DNA of 64,000 nt from Candidatus Palauibacter sp. (GCF_965261555.1 NZ_OZ253465.1:686667-750666); one strand, 5' to 3'; shown: positions 1-10,693, counted from the first letter of the stretch. Translations and numbers: made by a program. Notes: generated by a model from the letters alone, not told the origin.

Positions 1-881
1 TCGACGTGACGGCGAGCCGGCGGCTGTTCGGCACGGGACCGGAGATCGCGGCGCGGATCCGGCAGCGGATCGCCGAGGAGGAGCGACTCACGGCCTCCGT
101 CGGCGTCGCCTCGAACAAGTACGTGGCGAAGGTGGCGAGCGACCTCAGGAAGCCGGACGCGCTCGTCGTCGTGCCGCCCGGCACCGAACGGGAGTTCCTG
201 GCGCCCCTTTCCGTTTCGCGACTCTGGGGGGCGGGGCCGAAGGTGCAGACCCGCCTGGCCCGGCTCGGTCTCCGGACGATCGGGGATGTGGCGCGCAACG
301 AACCCGAGTTCCTCGAGGCTTCCCTGGGCCGGAAGCTGGGGCGGCGCCTCCACGAACTCGCGAACGGCCTCGACGTGCGGAGAGTCGACCCGCGGCCGGG
401 CCGGAAGTCGCTCGGCAAGGAAGTGACCTTCCCGAAGGACGTCGAGGACCGCGCCCGGGTCGAGCGGACGCTGCTCGCCCTCTGCGAGGCGGTCGCGCGG
501 TCCCTGCGCAGGAAGGGGATCGCGGGGCGCACCGTGCAGTTGAAGCTGCGCTGGGACGGCTTCGAGACGCACACGCGCCAGCGGACGCTCGGGCGGCCGG
601 CGGACATGACGGAGGTCATCTGGCCCGTCGCCCGGGAGCTGTTCCGGGAGGCCGACGATCCCCGCCGCCTGGTCCGGCTCGTCGGGGTCAGCCTTTCCGG
701 CTTCGACCATCCCGAGGGCGCGCAACTCGGGCTCCTGGATGACGTCGACGACGACCCGGCGACCTCCGACGGGGAGAGCCGGCGCCGGCTGGCGAAGACG
801 ATGGACGCCGTGGCGGACCGGTTCGGCCGGGACGCGCTGAAGCGGGCCGCCCTTCTCGACTCGAACGAGCGAGGCACATAG
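1..881 (+). CDS. dinB: DNA polymerase IV (Y-family, DinB), C-terminal portion; 5' end lies outside window
   Basis: ORF 6..881 is open to the window edge; motifs SVGVASNKYVAKVASDLRKPD and GxGxK/little-finger region are typical of Pol IV. Confidence 0.8.
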   Translation, partial: DVTASRRLFGTGPEIAARIRQRIAEEERLTASVGVASNKYVAKVASDLRKPDALVVVPPGTEREFLAPLSVSRLWGAGPKVQTRLARLGLRTIGDVARNEPEFLEASLGRKLGRRLHELANGLDVRRVDPRPGRKSLGKEVTFPKDVEDRARVERTLLALCEAVARSLRRKGIAGRTVQLKLRWDGFETHTRQRTLGRPADMTEVIWPVARELFREADDPRRLVRLVGVSLSGFDHPEGAQLGLLDDVDDDPATSDGESRRRLAKTMDAVADRFGRDALKRAALLDSNERGT

Positions 882-883
882 CG

Positions 884-1387
884 ATGCAGGTATTCCCGAT
901 TCCGCCGGCCTCCGGGCGCGGCATCCTCTGGTTCTTCATCATCATGATGGTCGTGCTCGGCGCCGTGACGCTGATGATGGGCTGGGCGGCCTGGTCCACC
1001 CGGAACAGCCGGGCCGAAGTCTCGCCCGCGGGGCTGAAGCTGGTGGGAGACCTCTGGGGGCGAACCATCCCCCTCGACCGTCTCGAACTCGACGACGCGC
1101 GCGTCGTGGACCTCCGCGGCGAACCCGACCTCGTCCCGCGCCGACGCACCATGGGGACGGCGCTCGGGGACTACTCCGCGGGATGGTTCCGGCTCCGCAG
1201 CGGCGAGAAGGCACTCCTCTACCTCACGGACCGGCGACGGGTGGTGTACATTCCCACGCTCGACGGGTACTCGCTCCTCCTGAGCCAGAGCGACCCCCGG
1301 CGCTTTCTGGACGCCCTGCACGACGCGACCGGCGACGCGACCGACAGCGCGGCCGGCAACAGCGATGAAGCCACCGAAGGAGAGTGA
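884..1387 (+). CDS. membrane-anchored PH-domain-like protein (bacterial PH family), hypothetical
   Basis: 167-aa ORF 3 nt after dinB stop; N-terminal TM helix (ILWFFIIMMVVLGAVTLMMGWAAW) followed by a ~110-aa soluble domain with a bPH-like pattern. Confidence 0.5.
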   Translation: MQVFPIPPASGRGILWFFIIMMVVLGAVTLMMGWAAWSTRNSRAEVSPAGLKLVGDLWGRTIPLDRLELDDARVVDLRGEPDLVPRRRTMGTALGDYSAGWFRLRSGEKALLYLTDRRRVVYIPTLDGYSLLLSQSDPRRFLDALHDATGDATDSAAGNSDEATEGE

Positions 1388-1393
1388 CGACGG

Positions 1394-1981
1394 ATGCTCC
1401 CCACACGGGATGAAGCGCTCGCGATCGTCCACGAATACACCGAGAGCCCCGGACTCCGGCGCCACATGCTGGCGGTGGAGGCCGCCATGCGCGCCTACGC
1501 GAGGAAGTACGGCGAGGACGAGGACCGCTGGGGCGTGACGGGGCTGCTGCACGACTTCGACTACGAGCGCTGGCCCAACCACGACCACGCGGCGGATTCG
1601 GAGCATCCCTCGACCGGGGTCGCCATCCTCCGCGAGAAGGGGGTGGACGAGGACATCCTCGAGACGATCATGGCCCACGCGGACTACACGGATGTCGAAG
1701 CGACGACGCTGATGTCGAAGACGCTCCGGGCCGTGGACGAACTCACCGGCTTCATCACCGCCTGTGCCCTCGTGCGGCCGACCCGGCTCGCCGGCATGAA
1801 GACCCGTTCCGTACGAAAGAAGATGAAGGACAAGGCGTTCGCCGCCGCCGTGAGCCGGGACGAAATGATCGAGAATTGCGCTGAACTCGGCGAAGACATG
1901 GGCGAGCACATCGCCTTCGTCATCGCCGCCATGCAGCTTGCGGCGGAAGATCTCGGCCTGAACGGCCCCGCCGCGGGCTGA
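1394..1981 (+). CDS. HD/HDIG-domain metal-dependent phosphohydrolase
   Basis: 195 aa; H..HD motif (LLHDFDY), HMLAVEAAMRAYA and a C-terminal pattern typical of HDIG proteins. Confidence 0.75.
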   Translation: MLPTRDEALAIVHEYTESPGLRRHMLAVEAAMRAYARKYGEDEDRWGVTGLLHDFDYERWPNHDHAADSEHPSTGVAILREKGVDEDILETIMAHADYTDVEATTLMSKTLRAVDELTGFITACALVRPTRLAGMKTRSVRKKMKDKAFAAAVSRDEMIENCAELGEDMGEHIAFVIAAMQLAAEDLGLNGPAAG

Positions 1982-2022
1982 ACCGCCGTGAAGAACGCCG
2001 CCCGATTCGGAGGTGCCCGAGC

Positions 2023-2142
2023 ATGACCACGACGACGATCATCATGATGGTCCTCATCCTCGGATTCGTCTGGGGAGGACTCGCCGTCCTCGCGTCGGTC
2101 GCCTGGCGCAAGGAAGGCGCCAAGCGAGGCGGAGAGAGCTAA
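2023..2142 (+). CDS. small hydrophobic peptide (39 aa, single TM, WGG motif); possible transporter small subunit
   Basis: ATG at 2023; MTTTTIIMMVLILGFVWGGLAVLASVAWRKEGAKRGGES*; not in the ORF track because it overlaps the spurious N-terminal extension of ORF 2013..2927. Confidence 0.3.
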   Translation: MTTTTIIMMVLILGFVWGGLAVLASVAWRKEGAKRGGES

Positions 2143-2165
2143 CCGCCCACCATGGGCCACCCGCA

Positions 2166-2927
2166 ATGAGGGAGAGGCGGCGCGCGGGACGGATCCTCCT
2201 GGTGACGCTGGCCGCGCTGGCGGTCGGGTCGTGCTTCCTCCCCATCCCGCGCGCGATGCGCCCGCCCGAAGCGGTCGTCTCCGACTCGGCGGCCGCGCGA
2301 CAGGACTCGATCGCGAGAGCCGAGCAGGCCGCAGCCGCCCGACGCGACTCCATCCTCGCCGCGGAGCGCGAGGCCGCACGGCAGGATTCGATCGCGAGGG
2401 CGCAGCGGGAGGCCGCCCGACAGGACTCGATCGCGAGGGCCGCCGCGCGCCGGGACTCCATCCTCGCCGCGGAGCGGGAAGCCGCGCGCCGGGACTCGCT
2501 GGAGGCGGCCCGGCGCGACTCCCTGATCGCGGCCGCCCGACGCGACTCGATCGCCAGCATCGAGGCAGCCCGGGCCGCGGCCGCCGCGGAGTTGGCGCAG
2601 CTCCGCGAATCGGGCCCCGTCTACGTCGCCCACGATGAGGCGCCCCGCCTCGTGTGGGACACCGAGGCCGAGGCCGCGCTGGCCACGACGCTGCTGCCCG
2701 TGATCCGCGGCGAGGGGCTCGACCCGAACATCACGACCTCCGTCTGGCTTCTCGTGCGGACCGATGGAAGGGTCGAGGCGACCGTGATCCAGGTCTCTTC
2801 CGGCGACGGCGCCTTCGACGCGGCAGCCGTGCGGGCGGCCCGCGGACTGCTCTTCGCCCCCGCCCTCCGCGGCGGGCGCGCGGCGCCCGTCTGGGTCCTG
2901 CGCGAAATCTCGCTCCTCATGCGGTAG
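2166..2927 (+). CDS. TonB-family energy transducer (TonB C-terminal domain) with an RxDSIxxAx repeat linker
   Basis: Internal Met at 2166 followed by signal/TM (ILLVTLAALAVGSCF); C-terminal LLPVIRGEG..VWLLVRTDGRVEATVIQVSSGDGAFDAAAVRAARGLLFAPA matches the TonB_C fold; central 27-bp periodic repeats. Confidence 0.7.
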   Translation: MRERRRAGRILLVTLAALAVGSCFLPIPRAMRPPEAVVSDSAAARQDSIARAEQAAAARRDSILAAEREAARQDSIARAQREAARQDSIARAAARRDSILAAEREAARRDSLEAARRDSLIAAARRDSIASIEAARAAAAAELAQLRESGPVYVAHDEAPRLVWDTEAEAALATTLLPVIRGEGLDPNITTSVWLLVRTDGRVEATVIQVSSGDGAFDAAAVRAARGLLFAPALRGGRAAPVWVLREISLLMR

Positions 2928-2930
2928 CCG

Positions 2931-4298
2931 GTGTTTTCGGCGCTGTTCAGGGGACTCGGCGGGACCGCCGAGTGGACTCGAGATGAGGATCGCCACCCGC
3001 ACAGTGCGCGACTGAGCCGCCGCGCATTCACCCGTTTGGTCGGCTCGTTCATCCTCCTGGAGTCCGCGGGTCCTTCCACCGCCTCCGGCGCCGCGTTGGG
3101 GGAGTACTCACGGTACGGCTCTTCCGGCGCGGCGGGCGCCATTCCGGCGAACCGTACCGAAACGAACCCGGGAGTGCCCGGGCAGCAGGCCGTGCGGGGG
3201 ACTATCGACCTGACGATAGGCCGGACCGAGGGGGACGAGCGGTATCTCTTCGGGCGGATCCTCGGCTTGGCGTTGGACGCTCGCGGTCGAATCTACGTGT
3301 CCGATCTACACGCCGGCGTTCGTGTGTACGGGCCCTCGGGTGAGTTTCTCTTCCAGTTGGGTCGGATTGGCGGCGGGCCGTTGGAATACAGACGCTACCC
3401 AAGCAGCACGGCCATCCTGCCGGACGGACACCTGTGGATCGTGTCGTTTGAGGACAAGGTGCTGCGGGCCGATCCGGCGCAGGACGACGTATCCGCAGGT
3501 CTGGAGGTGGTACGCGTCGGGTCGAGCGGGAGTTGGTTGTACGATGGTCTGTTGGCCCTCGATCCCGAGGGAATGCTCATCGCGTCGGGAGGCGAGCCGG
3601 ATCGGCGCGACGGACTCCGCAGGCGGCGCGTTTCGCTGCGCGATGGAAGTACCGTCTCGAAGACCAACCCGTGGGCGCTGCGACCAACGCCGGAGGAGAT
3701 GGGCTGGCGGTTGTCGCCGAAGTTCTCACGGGCGGAGCTGGCGGAGGCCGAGGAATGGAATGCGTTGGGGTACTTGTATGGATTGGGCGGCCCTCCCCCT
3801 TACGGAACCGATCGGCTCATGGCGTTCTCGACCGACGGCCGGGTCGCCCTGGCGGTGACGACGACGTATCGCGTCGACATCTACGATTCTCTCCTGCGCC
3901 CCGTGACGGTCATCGAGCGGGACGAGCAAGGGCCGCAGCTGACGGCTGCCGAACGGCGGAATGCGGTCGCGCACACCGCGGCACGCCGCCGCGACGAAGA
4001 GTTCTACCCCTATGTTGACAGCGACATCCCGGACCGGAAGCCGCCGCTACGAGATCTGTGGTTCGACCGGGACGGGCGGCTGTGGCTCGAGCGCTACCTG
4101 GCGAACGAGCCGCAGCAACAGGGGGCCGACGTGTACGGCGTGGATGGGGACTACCTCTTTTCGGCTGAGTGGCCGCGCGGCGTGGATTTCGGTTACGGGG
4201 CAATTCGGGGCGACACCGGCCTCGGCGTCCAGACGGACGCACTCGGCATCCCGCGCGTTGTCCGTGTGCGGTTCAGTGCCGAGGAGGCGGATCCGTGA
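2931..4298 (+). CDS. NHL-type 6-bladed beta-propeller protein; divergent member of the paralog family arrayed at 28.4-38 kb
   Basis: GTG start overlapping the TonB stop; NHL-like GxxGxGEF/GPxE blades (YVSDLHAGVRVYGPSGEF..) and a C-terminal RVVRVRFS tail similar to the array paralogs; no clear signal peptide. Confidence 0.55.
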   Translation: MFSALFRGLGGTAEWTRDEDRHPHSARLSRRAFTRLVGSFILLESAGPSTASGAALGEYSRYGSSGAAGAIPANRTETNPGVPGQQAVRGTIDLTIGRTEGDERYLFGRILGLALDARGRIYVSDLHAGVRVYGPSGEFLFQLGRIGGGPLEYRRYPSSTAILPDGHLWIVSFEDKVLRADPAQDDVSAGLEVVRVGSSGSWLYDGLLALDPEGMLIASGGEPDRRDGLRRRRVSLRDGSTVSKTNPWALRPTPEEMGWRLSPKFSRAELAEAEEWNALGYLYGLGGPPPYGTDRLMAFSTDGRVALAVTTTYRVDIYDSLLRPVTVIERDEQGPQLTAAERRNAVAHTAARRRDEEFYPYVDSDIPDRKPPLRDLWFDRDGRLWLERYLANEPQQQGADVYGVDGDYLFSAEWPRGVDFGYGAIRGDTGLGVQTDALGIPRVVRVRFSAEEADP

Positions 4299-4364
4299 CC
4301 GCCTCGCGGCGTCCTGCGTGATATACTGTTGCGGCCCGCTCCCGGCGGATAGCTTGCGCGCCCG

Positions 4365-7300
4365 ATGCCACGCCGCGACGACATCTCCTCGATTCTTCTC
4401 ATAGGCTCCGGCCCGATCGTGATCGGCCAGGCCTGCGAGTTCGACTACTCCGGGACGCAGGCCTGCCGGGCGCTCCGCGAGGAGGGATATCGAGTCATCC
4501 TCGTGAACTCGAATCCCGCCACGATCATGACGGACCCGGACATCGCCGACGCGACCTACATCGAGCCGCTGACGGCCGACTGGGTCGCGCGGGTCATCGA
4601 GGCGGAGAAACCCGACGCGCTCATCCCGACGATGGGCGGCCAGACCGCGCTCAACGTCGCGCTCGAACTCGCCGAACGCGGGGTTCTCGACGAGCACGGG
4701 GTGGAGTTGATCGGCGCCGATGTCCGGGCGATCCAGCTTGCCGAGGACCGCGAGCAGTTCGCCGAAGCCATGGAACGGATCGGTCTCGCGCTGCCCCCCG
4801 GCGGCTTCGCCCGCTCGCTCGACGAGGCGCTCGCCCTCGTCGAGGACACGGGATTCCCCGCCATCATCCGGCCGTCCTTCACCCTCGGCGGCACCGGCGG
4901 AAGCACCGCGTACAACCGCGAGGAGTTCGAGGACCTCGTCCGCTCCGGCATCCGCTCCTCGCCGATCGGAGAGGTGCTCATCGACAAGAGCATCATCGGC
5001 TGGAAGGAGTTCGAACTCGAGGTGATGCGAGACCGGGCGGACAACGTCGTCATCGTCTGCTCGATCGAGAACTTCGACGCCATGGGCGTTCACACGGGCG
5101 ATTCGATCACCGTCGCGCCGGCGCTCACCCTCTCGGACCGCGAGTACCAGGCGATGCGGGATGCGGCGATCGCCTGCATCCGCGAGATCGGCGTGGACGC
5201 GGGCGGCTGCAACATCCAGTTCGCCGTGCATCCGACGACCGGCGAGATGCTCGTCATCGAGATGAACCCGAGGGTGTCCCGGAGTTCGGCGCTCGCGTCG
5301 AAGGCGACCGGCTTCCCGATCGCGCGCATCGGCGCCAAGCTCGCCGTCGGCTACCGCCTCGACGAGATCCCCAACGCGATCACGCAGGTGACGCCTTCCT
5401 GCTTCGAGCCGGTGCTCGACTACATGGTCGTGAAGATCCCGCGCTTCGCGTTCGAGAAGTTCCCGAAGGCCGACGCGACGCTCGGCGTGCAGATGAAGGC
5501 CGTGGGCGAGGTGATGGCGATCGGTCGCACCTTCCAGCAGGCGTGGCTGAAGGGCTTCCGCGCGCTCGAGAACGGGCGGTCGGGGTGGCTGCCCTCGCCG
5601 GACCCCGACGCGGACCGCCTAGAGGACGACGCCGTCGATACGGTGCGGGCCGCGATCCGCACCGCGACGCCCGAACGCCCCTTCCAGCTCTACCGCGCCT
5701 TCCAGGCGGGCCTCTCCGTGGACGAGATCAACCGGATCACGGGTATCGACCCCTGGTTCCTCTCCCAACTCGAGGAACTGGTGCGCGAGGGCCAGGCCTT
5801 CGCGGCGGCCGGGGAGGTCACGCCTGACGACGTCGAACGGTTGAAGCGCATCGGCTTCGGCGACGCGGAGCTGGGACAGTTGCGCGGGATTCCGGAAGCC
5901 GAGGTGCGCGAGGTGCGCCAGGCCGCCGGACTCCGGCCCGTCTACAAGACGGTCGACACCTGCGCGGGCGAGTTCCCCGCCGCCACGCCGTACCTCTACT
6001 CGACCTACGAGGACGAGAACGAATCCGAGCGCTCGGACCGGCGGAAGATCATCATCCTCGGCAGCGGCCCGAACCGCATCGGACAGGGCATCGAGTTCGA
6101 CTACTGCTGCGTTTCGGCCTCGCTCGCGCTGCGCGACGAAGGGTTCGAGACGATCATGATCAACTCGAATCCCGAGACCGTCTCCACCGACTTCGACATC
6201 TCGAACAAGCTCTACTTCGAGCCGCTCACGGTGGAGGACGTGCTCGCGATCGTGGAGCAGGAGGAGCCGGAGGGCGTCATCGTCCAGTTCGGCGGACAGA
6301 CGCCGCTGACGATCGCGCGCAAGCTCGAACAACTCGGCGTCCCCATCCTCGGGACGAGCGTGGAGTCGATCGACCGCACCGAGGACCGCCGCCGCTTCGA
6401 CGAACTCTGCCGTGAGCTCGGGGTTCCGATGCCGCCGGGCGGGACGGCGACGAGCATCGAGGAGGCGCTGGCGATCGCGGAGGAGATCGGGTATCCCGTT
6501 CTCGTCCGGCCCAGCTACGTGCTCGGCGGCCGCGCCATGGAGATCGTGTACGACCCGGTCTCGCTGCGGGAGTACTTCGCGCGCGCGGTGCAGGCGTCGC
6601 CCGAGCATCCCGTGCTCCTCGACCGGTTCCTCGAGGACGCGTGGGAGGCGGATGTCGACGCGGTGTGCGACGGGGAGACCGTCCTGATCGGCGGGATCAT
6701 GGAGCACATCGAGGAGGCGGGCATCCACTCGGGCGACTCGGCCTGCGTCCTGCCGCCCTACCTCCTGCGAGACGTCGACATGGAAGCCATGCGCCGCTTC
6801 ACGCGGGACTTCGCGCGGGCGCTGGACGTCCGGGGCCTCATCAACGTGCAGTTCGCCGTGCACGAGAAGACGGTGTACGTGCTCGAGGTGAATCCGCGCG
6901 CGAGCCGCACGGTGCCGTTCGTCAGCAAGGCGACGGGGGTCCCGCTCGCGCGGGTCGCCGCGCGGGTGCTCGCCGGCGTGAAGCTCGCCGATCTCGGACT
7001 CGGGGGCGAACTCGTCCCGCACCAGGTCTCCGTGAAGGAAGCGGTGCTCCCCTTCGACAAGATCCCGGATGCGGACACCGTGCTCGGGCCGGAGATGCGT
7101 TCCACGGGGGAGGTCATGGGATACGCGGACAGCTTCGGGCTCGCGTTCGCGAAATCGCAGATCTCCGTCTACCAGGGGCTGCCGACGGAGGGGGCCGTCG
7201 CGATCACCGTGCACGACCAGGACAAGCCGAACATGGTGCCGGTCGCGCGCCGTTTCCACGAACTCGGCTTCACGGTCCTCGCCACGGAGGGGACGGCGAG

Positions 7301-7628
7301 GTATCTGCGCGGCCGCGGCGTTCCGTGCGAGCGCATCCTCAAGGTGCACGAGGGGCGTCCGAACCTCCTCGACCGCATCGTCTCGGGCGAGGTGCAACTC
7401 CTCCTGAACACCCCGCTCGGCAAGCACGCCCAGTACGACGACTACATGATCCGCCGCGCCGCGGTCTCCCGCCGCGTGCCCTACACGACGACGCTCTCCG
7501 CGGCATCCGCGGCCGCCGACGCGATCATCGCCCTTCGCCACCGCCGGCACACGGTCCACAGCCTCCAGGCGCGTGACGTCGCCGAAGCGGAAGAGGACCG
7601 GCTCACGAGGACCGCCGGCTCCGTCTGA
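4365..7628 (+). CDS. carB: carbamoyl-phosphate synthase large subunit
   Basis: 1087 aa; N-terminus [24 protein letters not shown], duplicated ATP-grasp halves, C-terminal MGS-like domain. Confidence 0.95.
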   Translation: MPRRDDISSILLIGSGPIVIGQACEFDYSGTQACRALREEGYRVILVNSNPATIMTDPDIADATYIEPLTADWVARVIEAEKPDALIPTMGGQTALNVALELAERGVLDEHGVELIGADVRAIQLAEDREQFAEAMERIGLALPPGGFARSLDEALALVEDTGFPAIIRPSFTLGGTGGSTAYNREEFEDLVRSGIRSSPIGEVLIDKSIIGWKEFELEVMRDRADNVVIVCSIENFDAMGVHTGDSITVAPALTLSDREYQAMRDAAIACIREIGVDAGGCNIQFAVHPTTGEMLVIEMNPRVSRSSALASKATGFPIARIGAKLAVGYRLDEIPNAITQVTPSCFEPVLDYMVVKIPRFAFEKFPKADATLGVQMKAVGEVMAIGRTFQQAWLKGFRALENGRSGWLPSPDPDADRLEDDAVDTVRAAIRTATPERPFQLYRAFQAGLSVDEINRITGIDPWFLSQLEELVREGQAFAAAGEVTPDDVERLKRIGFGDAELGQLRGIPEAEVREVRQAAGLRPVYKTVDTCAGEFPAATPYLYSTYEDENESERSDRRKIIILGSGPNRIGQGIEFDYCCVSASLALRDEGFETIMINSNPETVSTDFDISNKLYFEPLTVEDVLAIVEQEEPEGVIVQFGGQTPLTIARKLEQLGVPILGTSVESIDRTEDRRRFDELCRELGVPMPPGGTATSIEEALAIAEEIGYPVLVRPSYVLGGRAMEIVYDPVSLREYFARAVQASPEHPVLLDRFLEDAWEADVDAVCDGETVLIGGIMEHIEEAGIHSGDSACVLPPYLLRDVDMEAMRRFTRDFARALDVRGLINVQFAVHEKTVYVLEVNPRASRTVPFVSKATGVPLARVAARVLAGVKLADLGLGGELVPHQVSVKEAVLPFDKIPDADTVLGPEMRSTGEVMGYADSFGLAFAKSQISVYQGLPTEGAVAITVHDQDKPNMVPVARRFHELGFTVLATEGTARYLRGRGVPCERILKVHEGRPNLLDRIVSGEVQLLLNTPLGKHAQYDDYMIRRAAVSRRVPYTTTLSAASAAADAIIALRHRRHTVHSLQARDVAEAEEDRLTRTAGSV

Positions 7629-7743
7629 CGTTCCCGCGGGGAGGCCTCCCCGGGCCGACGCCATCCCACTTTCCGACGCGGGCCGCCCACACTTATGCTA
7701 CGGAGGCACTTTGCCTTTCGGTTCCCTTCGCCCCGGTGCGTCC

Positions 7744-9384
7744 ATGGGTACAATCGGTAGACGAACGCTCGCAGCCACGCTGGTCGCCCTTCTCTCCGCT
7801 CCCACGGCTCTGGCGGCCGTGCAGGGCCTCCCCGACGATGAACTCGCGCCCCTCGTGGCCCGTGTCGAGGAAGGCGTACTCGAGCGCGCCAAGCTCGCCC
7901 AGGTCATGGTCGACAAGATCTTCTCCTTCTCCGAACTGGGGCAGCAGGAGATCGAGACCTCGGCCTACATCACCGGGATCCTGGAGGAGAACGGCTTCAC
8001 CGTCGAGTACGGGCCCGTGGGCATCCCGACCGCCTGGTTCGCGCGCTGGGGCAGCGGCTCGCCCGTCATCTCCTTCGGATCCGACATCGATGGAATTCCG
8101 AAGGCCAACCAGAAGCCCGGCGTCGCCTATCACGACCCGCTGATTCCGGGCGCGCCCGGCCACGGCGAAGGTCACAACTCCGGGCAGGCCGTGAACGTCG
8201 TGGCGGCGCTCGCGCTGAAGGACGTCATGGAGGCCGAGGGGATCGAGGGCACGCTCGTGCTCTGGCCCGGGGTCGCCGAAGAGCAGCTGGGCTCCAAGGC
8301 CTGGTACGTGCGGGACGGCTATCTCGAGGACATCGACGTCACCCTCTTCACGCACGTGAGCAGCAACCTGTCGGTGAGCTGGGGCCAGGGGAGCGGCACG
8401 GGGCTCGTCTCCGTGGAGTTCACCTTCGAGGGCGAGGCCGCCCACGGCGCGGGCGCTCCCTGGCGGGGCCGCAGCGCGCTCGACGCGGTCGAACTGATGA
8501 ACGTCGCCTGGAACTTCCGGCGCGAGCACCTGCGACCCGACCAGCGCTCCCACTACGTGATCAGCGACGGCGGCGACCAGCCGAACGTCGTGCCGCCGAG
8601 CGCTTCGGTATGGTACTTCATCCGCGAGATGGACTACGAGGACATCAAGCGCAACTTCGACACGGCCATCCGCATCGCGGAAGGCGCGGCCCTGATGACC
8701 GACACCGAAATGTCGTACCGGATCATCGGAGCCGCCTGGCCGCGACACTTCAACAAGGTCGTGGCCGAAACGATGCACGAACACATCGAGGAGGTCGGGC
8801 TTCCGGAGTGGACCGACGACGACCACGACTTCGCGAGCGCCGTGCAGCAGTCGGTGGGAAGCGTCCCATCCGGGATGCCCATCGCCCTCTCGGGCCTGGG
8901 GGAGCCGGGGCCGCGCCGGAGCGGCGGGTCCGACGACATCGGCGACATCTCGTGGAACGTGCCCACGGTGACGCTGCGCTTCCCGTCGAACGTGCCGGGG
9001 CTTCCGGGTCACCACTGGTCGAGCGCCATGGCGATGGCGACCCCCATCGCGCACAAGGGCGCGGTCGCCGGCGCGCGCGTCATGGCCCGCACGGCGCTCC
9101 AGCTCTTCGCCCAGCCGAAGCTCGTCGACGACGCGTGGACCTACTTCCGGGAGGAACAGACCTCCGCCATGGAGTATGTCCCCTTCATCGGCCCGGACGA
9201 CCCGCCCCCGATCGACCTCAACAGGGAGATCATGGACACCTTCCGTCCGCTCCTTGAGAAGTTCTATTATGACGAGACGCGCTTCGACACGTATCTTGAT
9301 CAGTTGGGGATCAAGTATCCGACTCTCTCGCGGCCGGCTTCGGCTTCCGCGGAGGACCGGCGGGATCACCCGGGATCGGATTGA
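7744..9384 (+). CDS. M20D family amidohydrolase/peptidase (AbgB-like) with signal peptide
   Basis: In-frame ATG at 7744 followed by a signal peptide (TLVALLSAPTALAAVQG); M20 dimerisation and metal-binding pattern (FTFEGEAAHGAGAPWRGRSALDAVELMN). Confidence 0.8.
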   Translation: MGTIGRRTLAATLVALLSAPTALAAVQGLPDDELAPLVARVEEGVLERAKLAQVMVDKIFSFSELGQQEIETSAYITGILEENGFTVEYGPVGIPTAWFARWGSGSPVISFGSDIDGIPKANQKPGVAYHDPLIPGAPGHGEGHNSGQAVNVVAALALKDVMEAEGIEGTLVLWPGVAEEQLGSKAWYVRDGYLEDIDVTLFTHVSSNLSVSWGQGSGTGLVSVEFTFEGEAAHGAGAPWRGRSALDAVELMNVAWNFRREHLRPDQRSHYVISDGGDQPNVVPPSASVWYFIREMDYEDIKRNFDTAIRIAEGAALMTDTEMSYRIIGAAWPRHFNKVVAETMHEHIEEVGLPEWTDDDHDFASAVQQSVGSVPSGMPIALSGLGEPGPRRSGGSDDIGDISWNVPTVTLRFPSNVPGLPGHHWSSAMAMATPIAHKGAVAGARVMARTALQLFAQPKLVDDAWTYFREEQTSAMEYVPFIGPDDPPPIDLNREIMDTFRPLLEKFYYDETRFDTYLDQLGIKYPTLSRPASASAEDRRDHPGSD

Positions 9385-9409
9385 GGACATTCGCAACCGG
9401 AGTTTTTCG

Positions 9410-9913
9410 ATGATCGACACAAGCCGCAGGCTTCTCTCCACAGCCGCCGCCATGCTGTTCGTGGTGACCCTCACCGGCGCGGGCGGCTCCACGGAGGCCG
9501 TCACGGAGCCCCCGGCCGACGCACCGGCGGCGGCATCGGCCGACGATCCCACCGAGGTGGGGTGGCGCCTCCTGGCCAGCCTCAACTACCGGACCGGCGA
9601 GCCGAGCGAGGAGTTGGCGGCCCTCTCGGGCAAGCTCGTCAAGATCCCCGGATTCACGGTGCCGCTCGAGGACTGGGCGTCCTCGGCGACGGAATTCCTC
9701 CTCGTGCCCTATGTCGGCGCCTGCATCCACACGCCGCCTCCACCGCCCAACCAGCTCGTCTACATCGAGATGGATGAGGGCAAGCGGGCGAAGCTGGACG
9801 GGTGGAACCCGGTGTGGGTCGAGGGCGTGCTGACGATCGAGATGACGGAGAGCGTGTACGGCTACGTCGGTTTCACCCTCTCCGGCCAGCAGGTCTATCC
9901 GTACGAGTCCTGA
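9410..9913 (+). CDS. DUF3299-family periplasmic protein (accessory to FtsX-type ABC exporters)
   Basis: ATG at 9410 with signal peptide; conserved VKIPGFTVPLE..LLVPYVGACIHTPPPPPNQLVYIEM pattern of DUF3299; directly upstream of an ABC ATPase/permease pair. Confidence 0.65.
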   Translation: MIDTSRRLLSTAAAMLFVVTLTGAGGSTEAVTEPPADAPAAASADDPTEVGWRLLASLNYRTGEPSEELAALSGKLVKIPGFTVPLEDWASSATEFLLVPYVGACIHTPPPPPNQLVYIEMDEGKRAKLDGWNPVWVEGVLTIEMTESVYGYVGFTLSGQQVYPYES

Positions 9914-9949
9914 TCCACGATGCGGCCACTCGCATGCATTGAGCGCGTC

Positions 9950-9985
9950 CTCGCAGCCCCGGGGGCGCGCTTTTTCATTGAACCA
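9950..9985 (+). terminator. possible intrinsic terminator / attenuator hairpin between the DUF3299 gene and the ABC ATPase
   Basis: GC-rich imperfect palindrome gcagccccgggggcgcgc followed by ctttttca. Confidence 0.3.
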
Positions 9986-10009
9986 CGCTCCGCAGGGAGA
10001 CGCCAGTAG

Positions 10010-10693
10010 ATGAGCCTCGCAATCGACCTCCGACGCCTGCGCTTCCGCTACGGTGGAGGCCCCTGGGTGCTGGACATCCCCGAACTGACCCTCGAGCGGG
10101 GGACGCGCGCGTTCCTGTTCGGTCCGAGCGGGAGCGGCAAGACCACGCTTCTCGGCGTGCTGGCGGGAGTGCTGGAAGCGGAAAAAGGCGAGGTCAGGGT
10201 GCTCGGCGAGGATCTCGCGTCGCTCTCGGGCGCGCAACGGGACGCCTTCCGGGCGGAGCACATCGGCTACGTCTTCCAGATGTTCAACCTCATCCCCTAC
10301 CTGTCGGTGCTCGACAACATCGCGCTCCCCGCGCGCATGAACGCGGAACGCCGGGCCCGGCTGGACGGGACAGGCGTGAGGGAGACCGCCACGCAGCTGG
10401 CCGATCATCTCCAGATCGGCGACCTGCTGAAGAAGCCGGTGACGGAACTCTCGGTGGGCCAGCAGCAGCGCGTGGCCGCCTGCCGGGCGCTGATCGGGTC
10501 TCCGGAACTCATCGTCGCCGATGAACCGACCTCCTCCCTCGACTTCGACCGCCGGGAGGCCTTCCTCGAACTGCTCTTCCAGGAGTGCGAGCGCGCCGGC
10601 GCCACGCTGGTGTTCGTGAGCCACGACCGCACCCTGGAGGGCATGTTCTCCCGCACCATCTCGCTTCCCGACGTCAACAAGGCGGTGCTCTGA
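10010..10693 (+). CDS. ABC transporter ATP-binding protein (MacB/LolD-like)
   Basis: Walker A GPSGSGKTT, signature LSVGQQQRVA, Walker B LIVADEPTSSLD; its stop overlaps the next start (TGATG). Confidence 0.9.
   Translation: MSLAIDLRRLRFRYGGGPWVLDIPELTLERGTRAFLFGPSGSGKTTLLGVLAGVLEAEKGEVRVLGEDLASLSGAQRDAFRAEHIGYVFQMFNLIPYLSVLDNIALPARMNAERRARLDGTGVRETATQLADHLQIGDLLKKPVTELSVGQQQRVAACRALIGSPELIVADEPTSSLDFDRREAFLELLFQECERAGATLVFVSHDRTLEGMFSRTISLPDVNKAVL

Noticed and set aside
2013-2165. N-terminal 51 aa of the track ORF 2013..2927 (MPEHDHDDDHHDGPHP..)
   Set aside because: Poor coding quality and it overlaps the small peptide gene in another frame. The internal Met at 2166 is followed by a proper membrane anchor.
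5619-7664. 681-aa minus-strand ORF
   Set aside because: Entirely antisense to carB, which is unambiguous. Arg/Gly/Asp-rich low-complexity translation typical of high-GC antisense frames.
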